Assembly: GCA_019115725.1 (NCBI GenBank)
Contig: DXCY01000036.1
Location: 1 to 42,185, forward strand
DNA: 42,185 nt
From: Candidatus Luteimonas excrementigallinarum
GTDB lineage: Bacteria > Pseudomonadota > Gammaproteobacteria > Xanthomonadales > Xanthomonadaceae
Direction: 5' to 3'
In this document: positions 36,428 to 42,185 of the stretch, piece after piece
How the letters are laid out: the number at the start of each line of letters is the position of its first letter
Position numbering within the stretch: position 1 is the stretch's first letter
The notes under the pieces: generated by a model
Told to the model about the DNA's origin: nothing
Database searches by the model: none
What the model saw: the letters and a program-made list of their open reading frames with translations, nothing else
Translations under genes and position numbers: made by a program

Positions 36428-37126
36428 ATGAACCGGGCGGATTTCCTCAGGTTGATGTTGGGTGGCGCGGCAGCCCTGGCGCTGCCGCGGCCGCTGCTGG
36501 CGGCAGCTGGGTACGACTTCCGCTTCACCCGCCTGCGCTACGAGTCCGGCGACTGGGACGTGGATGCGCGGATGCCGTCGAACGTCATTACCGCGCTGAT
36601 CGACTACACCAACCTGCGGGTGGATCCCGAGGAGCAGGTGCTGGACCTGGCCGATCCACGCATGCTCACCGCGCCGTTCTGCTACCTGGCCGGGCACAAG
36701 CTGGTGGAGTTCAACCCGGCCGAACGGCGCAACTTCGAACGCTATGTGCGCAACGGCGGCTTCGTCTTCGTCGATGACTGCAACCACGACATCGACGGCC
36801 TGTTCGCGAAGTCGTTCGAGGCGCAGATGGCGTCCATCTTCGGCGCCGATGCCCTGCACAAACTGCCCAACAGCCACGCGCTCTACAACAGCTTCTTCCG
36901 CTTCCCCGACGGCCCGCCGGCCACCAGCTACGAACTCAACGGCTGGGGCGACGACCTGGTGCACGACTATCTCAAGGGCATTGCCATCGACGGCCGCCTG
37001 GGCGTGCTCTACAGCAACAAGGACTATGGCTGCGAATGGGACTACGACTGGCGCAACAAGCGTTTCCTGGCCGAGGACAACACCAGGTTCGCGGTCAACA
37101 TCGTCATCTACGCGCTGACCGCGTGA
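36428..37126 (+). CDS. DUF4159-like protein with Tat-like leader
   Basis: FRFTRLRYESGDWD, PFCYLAGH, YVRNGGFVFVDDC, YSNKDYGCEW, NIVIYALT; leader MNRADFLRLMLGGAAALALPRPLLA. Confidence 0.75.
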   Translation: MNRADFLRLMLGGAAALALPRPLLAAAGYDFRFTRLRYESGDWDVDARMPSNVITALIDYTNLRVDPEEQVLDLADPRMLTAPFCYLAGHKLVEFNPAERRNFERYVRNGGFVFVDDCNHDIDGLFAKSFEAQMASIFGADALHKLPNSHALYNSFFRFPDGPPATSYELNGWGDDLVHDYLKGIAIDGRLGVLYSNKDYGCEWDYDWRNKRFLAEDNTRFAVNIVIYALTA

Positions 37127-37142
37127 ACCACGGAACCCTGCA

Positions 37143-38150
37143 ATGACCGAGCCTTTGACCGAATCCGATGTGCAGCAGCGCCTGGGCGCCCTGGATGGAC
37201 TGCGCGAGGCCATTGGCCGGGCGGTGGTTGGCCAGGACGCGGTGGTCGAGCAGTTGCTGGTAGCCCTGCTGGCCGGCGGCCACTGCATGCTCGAGGGCGT
37301 GCCCGGGCTGGGCAAGACCCTGCTGGTACGGACCCTGGGCCAGGCGCTGGAGCTGGATTTCCGCCGGGTGCAGTTCACCCCGGACCTGATGCCCAGTGAC
37401 ATCCTCGGCACCGAGGTGCTGGAAGAGGAGCACGGCACTGGCCATCGCAGCTTCCGCTTCCAGAAGGGGCCGGTGTTCACCCATCTGCTGCTGGCCGACG
37501 AGCTCAACCGCACCCCGCCACGCACCCAGGCCGCGCTGCTGGAGGCAATGGCCGAGCGCACGGTCAGCTATGCGGGCGTCACCCACGCGCTGCCGGCGCC
37601 GTTCTTCGTGCTGGCCACGCAGAACCCGATTGAACAGGGCGGCACCTATCCGCTGCCCGAGGCCCAGCTGGACCGCTTCCTGCTGCAGCTGCGGGTGGAA
37701 TACCCGGATGAGGCCGAGGAGCTGGCGATTGTTGAACAGACCACCGGTGCCGGTACTGCCGAGGTGCCACGGGTGATGGATGCCGCGGCGGTGCTGGCGC
37801 TGCAGGCGCTGGTACGGCAGGTGCACGTGGGCACGGACCTGATGCAGTGGATCGTGCGCCTGGTGCGGGCCAGCCGTCCCGGCGAAGACGCCCCGGAAAC
37901 CGTGCGCAGCTATGTGAAGTGGGGTGCCGGACCGCGTGCCGCGCAGTCGCTGGTGCTGGCGGCCAAGGCCCGCGCGCTGCTGCATGGCAGGCTGGCCGCC
38001 ACCCGCGACGATGTGGCCGCCCTGGCCGCGCCGGTCATGCGCCATCGTCTGCTACTGTCCTTCGCGGCGGAGGCGGAGGGCGTGCACGCCGACGATGTGG
38101 TTGAAGCGCTGCTGCGCGAGGTGCCGCCGCCGGGCACCGCGGCCGACTGA
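37143..38150 (+). CDS. moxR: MoxR family AAA+ ATPase
   Basis: Walker A GVPGLGKT, RVQFTPDLMPSDI, Walker B LLLADELNR, ATQNPIEQGGTYPLPEAQLDRF, GAGPRA. Confidence 0.95.
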   Translation: MTEPLTESDVQQRLGALDGLREAIGRAVVGQDAVVEQLLVALLAGGHCMLEGVPGLGKTLLVRTLGQALELDFRRVQFTPDLMPSDILGTEVLEEEHGTGHRSFRFQKGPVFTHLLLADELNRTPPRTQAALLEAMAERTVSYAGVTHALPAPFFVLATQNPIEQGGTYPLPEAQLDRFLLQLRVEYPDEAEELAIVEQTTGAGTAEVPRVMDAAAVLALQALVRQVHVGTDLMQWIVRLVRASRPGEDAPETVRSYVKWGAGPRAAQSLVLAAKARALLHGRLAATRDDVAALAAPVMRHRLLLSFAAEAEGVHADDVVEALLREVPPPGTAAD

Positions 38151-38165
38151 TCCGCGGGCGTACGG

Positions 38166-39053
38166 ATGGACTGGGATCCGATCCCGCCGCAGCTACGCGG
38201 CCTGCTGCGCACGCTGCGGATCGGGGCGCGTCGTGCCACGGGCGGGCGTGGGTACGGGTCGCATCGCAGCCGGGAGCGCGGCGCGGGACTGGAATTCGTC
38301 CAGTACCGCGGCTACGAACCCGGCGATGAGCTGCGCCGGATCGACTGGAAACTCTACGCCCGCAGCGACCGGTTCTACGTGCGCGAGGCCGAGCGGGAAA
38401 GTCCGCTGGCCATCTGGGTGCTGGTGGATGCCAGCGCCTCGATGCAGCAGGCCGACGAGGCACGTCCGGACTGGTCGCGCCTGGACGCCGCCAGGGCGCT
38501 GGCCGCATGTGTGTTCGAACTGGCCCTGGCGCAGGGGGATCCATTCGGCCTGGCGCTGACAGGCAACGACGGCCTGTCGCTGCTGCCGCCGGTGGCAGGC
38601 GTCCGCCAGCGAGACCGGCTGCGGATGGCGCTGCACGAGGCCCGTGCCGGCGGCGGCTTTCCCGGGGAAGATCGCCTGGACGTGCTGCGCCAGCGGATCG
38701 GTCCGGATGACGTGGTCGTCGCGCTGGGAGACTTCTTCGATGACAGCGCGATTGCCCTGGCCACAAAGCTGGCCGCAGCGCGGCGTGAGGTGCTGGCCAT
38801 CCAGCTGCTAACGGCGGGCGAGCGCGATTTCCCGTTCACTGACGGACGGCGTTTCCGCGATCCGGAGACCGGTGCGGAGCTGCCCGGCGACGGCCCGGCC
38901 ATGCGGGAAGGGTTCCTTGCCCGCTTCGGCGCCGCCCAGGGCAGGCTGCAGGCGCGCTTTGATGCCGCCGGCATCCGCCATGCCGTCCACGTGCTGGATG
39001 AACCTTTGGAGCAGCCGCTGCGGCGTCTGTTCGGCCGGGCAGGGCGGCCATGA
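38166..39053 (+). CDS. DUF58 family vWA-like protein
   Basis: GSHRSRERGAGLEFVQYRGYEPGDELRRIDWKLYARSDR, MIDAS-like VDASASM, GDFF, FRDPETG. Confidence 0.92.
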   Translation: MDWDPIPPQLRGLLRTLRIGARRATGGRGYGSHRSRERGAGLEFVQYRGYEPGDELRRIDWKLYARSDRFYVREAERESPLAIWVLVDASASMQQADEARPDWSRLDAARALAACVFELALAQGDPFGLALTGNDGLSLLPPVAGVRQRDRLRMALHEARAGGGFPGEDRLDVLRQRIGPDDVVVALGDFFDDSAIALATKLAAARREVLAIQLLTAGERDFPFTDGRRFRDPETGAELPGDGPAMREGFLARFGAAQGRLQARFDAAGIRHAVHVLDEPLEQPLRRLFGRAGRP

Positions 39054-40228
39054 GCCTGGGCCTGCTGCTTCCCGCCGCGTTGGCGGCGCTGGGCGCGCTG
39101 CTGGTGCCGCTGCTGATCCACCTGGCCCGGCGCAGCCAGCTGGTGCCCACGCCCTTTGCCGCCCTGCGCTGGCTGCGCCAGGCGGCGCGCCCACAGCGGC
39201 GCGTGCGGCTGGAGGAATGGCCGCTGCTGTTGCTGCGCCTGCTGCTGCTGGCCCTGCTGGCGCTGTGGCTGGCCCGGCCGGTGCTGCACGGCGAGCAGGA
39301 GGCAGCCGGGTGGACGGTTGCGGTGCCGGGCGTGGATACGGCCCAGCTGGCAGACATGGCCGGAAGTGCCGAGCCGCCGCGCTGGCTGGCGCCCGGCTTC
39401 CCGCCGCTGGATGGCCCCGTGCCCTCAGGCCCGGTGTCCGTTGCCAGCCTGCTGCGCCAGCTGGATGCGGAACTGCCCCCCGGCACGGCGCTCGCCGTGG
39501 CCGTGCCAGAGTGGCTGCACGGCATGGATGCGCAGCGGCCGGCGTTGTCGCGCCCGGTGGCCTGGCACGTGTTGGGCGGTGGGATGGAACCGCCAGCACC
39601 TTCCGATCAGCAGCCACCGGCGCTGCAGGTACGTCATGACGACGGCAGCGCTGAGGCGTTGCGATATCTGCGCGCGGCAGCCGCCGCCTGGCATGGCGCG
39701 GACGAATTGTCGGATCTCCCTTTCCAGCTGGCGCCGGCCAGCCAGCCGGTGGAACCCGACGCCACCCACCTGGTGTGGCTGGCCAACGCGCCGGTGCCGG
39801 CGGCGGTCCTCGACTGGGTCCATCAGGGCGGCGTGCTGCTGGCAGCGGCGGACAGCGGGCTGGAGCCGCCGTCGGGCGCCGTTGCCTGGTGGCGCAGCCG
39901 GAACGGTGATGTGCTGGTGGAAGGCGTGCCCTATGGGCAGGGCCGTCTGCTGCGTTTCACCCGACCGCTGGCGCCGGCGCATATGCCCGAGCTGCTGGAT
40001 CCCGACTTTCCACAGCGGCTGCAGCAGGTGCTGCTGCCGCCGCCCCCCGGACCGGCAACGGTTGCCGCGTCCGCCCACGCGCCGCTGCAGGTGGCCACTG
40101 CATGGCCGCAGGCTCCGCGTGAACTGCGCCCGTGGCTGGCGCTGCTGATCGGCTTGCTGTTCCTGCTTGAGCGCTGGCTGGGGACCTCGCCACGGCGGCC
40201 GGCCTTTGCGGCGGGAGGCCAGCCATGA
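39050..40228 (+). CDS. BatA-domain membrane protein
   Basis: LVPLLIHL...FAALRWL...LLLLRLLLLALLALWLARP N-terminal double-TM BatA signature; C-terminal TM WLALLIGLLFLLERWL; ATGA overlap with DUF58. Confidence 0.82.
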   Translation: MSLGLLLPAALAALGALLVPLLIHLARRSQLVPTPFAALRWLRQAARPQRRVRLEEWPLLLLRLLLLALLALWLARPVLHGEQEAAGWTVAVPGVDTAQLADMAGSAEPPRWLAPGFPPLDGPVPSGPVSVASLLRQLDAELPPGTALAVAVPEWLHGMDAQRPALSRPVAWHVLGGGMEPPAPSDQQPPALQVRHDDGSAEALRYLRAAAAAWHGADELSDLPFQLAPASQPVEPDATHLVWLANAPVPAAVLDWVHQGGVLLAAADSGLEPPSGAVAWWRSRNGDVLVEGVPYGQGRLLRFTRPLAPAHMPELLDPDFPQRLQQVLLPPPPGPATVAASAHAPLQVATAWPQAPRELRPWLALLIGLLFLLERWLGTSPRRPAFAAGGQP

Positions 40229-42185
40229 GTCCGGCGCTGCGCCTGCGCCAGGCCATGCGCGCCGCCCGCCTTCGGGTGGTGCTGTCCAGTGCGCTGCTGG
40301 TGCTGCCGCCGGTCGTGGCCGCCACGGCGCTGGCATGGCGGCTGGGCGGAATGGCGGGGGCAATGATGACGGCTGCGGCCGGATTGCTCGTGGCCACCGC
40401 GGTCACCGCCTGGCGTGCCCGGCGTATCGATACACGCTGGCTGGCGCGGGCGCTGGATGCGCATCGCGGCGACATGGAGGACAGCGCCGCGCTGCTGTTC
40501 GCGCCGCGTGCGGAACTTGGCGCCCTGCAGCGATTGCAGCGCGAGCGCCTGCGCCAGCGTCTGGCCAGCGCGTCCATGCCCGACATGCGGCCGCCCTGGC
40601 CACGGCGCGCGGCGTGGCTGACCGCGGCTGGCGCGCTGCTGATGGCCTCGGCCGCCGTGCTGTGGCCGGGCGAGGTCGACCGCGATGGCATGCGCTCCGC
40701 GCCCGCGCAGTCCACGCCGGCCGGCGTGCCGACGCTGCAGTCATGGCGGTTGTACATCGAGCCGCCGGCCTACACCGGGCTGGAACCGCGGGATGCCGAG
40801 GCGCTGGATGTGGAGGCTCCGGAAGGCTCGCGGCTGCGCTGGACCCTGCGCTTTGCCCCGGATCCGAAGGGCGCCGTGCTCGCCTTCCACGACGGCGATG
40901 AAATCGAACTTGAACCGGCGGATGGCGACTGGAGCGCGGAGCACCTGCTGGCCCGCTCCGCGCTGTATCGCATCCTGCCTGCGGGCGGTGCAGCGCAGCC
41001 CGCGCCGCCGCTGTACCGGCTGGATGCCGTCGCCGACCAGCCGCCGTCGGTGCGGGTGCTGCTGCCCGAGCAGAGCCTCAGCCTGATGCAGCCGGGGCAG
41101 CGCCAGTGGCCGCTGGCGTTCGAGGCCAGCGATGACTACGGCGTGGCCGCCGAGGCCACCCTGCATCTGACCCTGGCCCAGGGCGCCGGAGAGAACATCA
41201 CCTTCGCCGAAAGTACCCGCACCCTCCGCGGCAGCGGGCCACCGACCCGCCGGCGCTTTGAAGCCACGCTCGATCCGCTCGCACTTGGCCTGCAGCAGGG
41301 GGAAGACCTGGTGGTCCGCCTGGAGGTGCGGGACAACCGCACGCCGGCTGCCCAGCGCGGCAGGAGCCCGAGCCTGATCCTGCGCTGGCCGCCCGCGCCG
41401 CCGCCCGACGTGGACGGACTGGACGCCTTCGCCCGCGACGTGCTGCCCGCGTATTTCCGCAGCCAGCGGCAGATCATCATCGATGCCGAGGCGTTGCTGG
41501 AGCAGCAGCCGGCACTGGCGCCGGCGCAGTTCACCGGCCGCTCCGATGCCCTCGGTGTCGATCAGCGCGTGCTGCGCCTGCGCTACGGCCAGTTCCTGGG
41601 CGAGGAGGCCGAGGAAGGCCCGGGTCTGCCGATTGACGATGCGGCGCCGGTGCCACCGCCGACCCTGCTGCCGATCGACGATTTCGGCCAGGAGCCCGCT
41701 GCGCTTCCGGCGCCGGAAAGCGAGGGGCAGGGCCACAAATCCGAGGCCGGCATGACCGACCTGCACGACCATGGCGATGACCGCGGACAGCCGCGTGAGG
41801 CTGGCGCCTTCGGCAGCATGGAGGGCGTGCTGGAGGAATACGCCCACCTGCACGACCTGCCCGAGGCCGCCACCCTGCTGGATCCCCGTACCCGTGAAAC
41901 CCTGCGCCAGGCGCTGGGTGAGATGTGGCAGTCCGAACTGGCCCTGCGTCAGGGTGATCCGGCGCGGGCGCTGCCATCCGCCTATCGCGCGCTGCGTCAT
42001 ATCCAGCAGGTCCGCGAGGCCGATCGCATCTACCTGGCCCGGGTAGGCAGCCAGCTGCCGCCGATTGACCAGAGCCGCCGCCTGCAGGGCGAGCGCGATG
42101 GCATCGCCCGCCGGGCGCTGGCGCCCACTGCGCGTGAGCCGGCCGGGCAGGAGCTGGTGGTGCTGTGGCAGGCCATGGCGGAGGC
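40225..42185 (+). CDS. Large membrane-anchored protein (DUF4175-like), truncated by window end
   Basis: Manual reading from ATG 40225 (ATGA overlap with batA): MSPALRLRQAMRAARLR...MEDSAALLF...PPAYTG...DQPPSVRV...ASDDYGV...PAYFRSQRQIIIDAE...DQRVLRLRYGQFLGEE...AHLHDLPEAATLLDP...ADRIYLARVG; no stop seen in this frame, hence missing from the ORF track. Confidence 0.78.
   Translation, partial: MSPALRLRQAMRAARLRVVLSSALLVLPPVVAATALAWRLGGMAGAMMTAAAGLLVATAVTAWRARRIDTRWLARALDAHRGDMEDSAALLFAPRAELGALQRLQRERLRQRLASASMPDMRPPWPRRAAWLTAAGALLMASAAVLWPGEVDRDGMRSAPAQSTPAGVPTLQSWRLYIEPPAYTGLEPRDAEALDVEAPEGSRLRWTLRFAPDPKGAVLAFHDGDEIELEPADGDWSAEHLLARSALYRILPAGGAAQPAPPLYRLDAVADQPPSVRVLLPEQSLSLMQPGQRQWPLAFEASDDYGVAAEATLHLTLAQGAGENITFAESTRTLRGSGPPTRRRFEATLDPLALGLQQGEDLVVRLEVRDNRTPAAQRGRSPSLILRWPPAPPPDVDGLDAFARDVLPAYFRSQRQIIIDAEALLEQQPALAPAQFTGRSDALGVDQRVLRLRYGQFLGEEAEEGPGLPIDDAAPVPPPTLLPIDDFGQEPAALPAPESEGQGHKSEAGMTDLHDHGDDRGQPREAGAFGSMEGVLEEYAHLHDLPEAATLLDPRTRETLRQALGEMWQSELALRQGDPARALPSAYRALRHIQQVREADRIYLARVGSQLPPIDQSRRLQGERDGIARRALAPTAREPAGQELVVLWQAMAE

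Noticed and set aside
40741-42000. 419-aa minus-strand ORF as the terminal gene
   Set aside because: The plus-strand frame from 40225 is coupled to batA and gives a coherent protein; the minus ORF is its shadow.

Overview
High-GC bacterial chromosomal segment whose gene content (fused lysC-lysA, murL, murD2, ispB, ssb) points to a Xanthomonadaceae/Lysobacteraceae host (inference). In order: a truncated membrane protein gene, M23 peptidase, HU-like protein, OsmC, lipoprotein amidohydrolase, an exported DUF5694-like protein, the lysAC-murL-murD2 operon (alternative D-Glu route to peptidoglycan), a REP-like repeat cluster, ispB, ssb, a DUF4019-like protein, lemA-DUF2207, a GAF-GGDEF cyclase and a DMT transporter. 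Next comes a Fur-boxed FepA/PfeA-type receptor followed by an apparent IroE/PfeE esterase-YncE beta-propeller fusion, then a nitroreductase. A selenocysteine formate dehydrogenase operon (fdnGHI-fdhE; in-frame UGA plus SECIS, split in two by the ORF caller) converges on a Cys-type FdhF/YdeP molybdoenzyme gene and a small winged-helix gene. The window ends in an eight-gene cluster: tldD-tldD-tldE(pmbA)-DUF4159-moxR-DUF58-batA-large membrane protein. That cluster is the best candidate for an uncharacterised system: both TldD paralogs carry twin-arginine signal peptides and an Asp where the E. coli enzyme has its Cys metal ligand, suggesting an exported TldDE protease coupled to a MoxR/vWA machine. 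No rRNA, tRNA, CRISPR array or transposase was recognised. All family assignments come from motif recognition by eye, not database searches.
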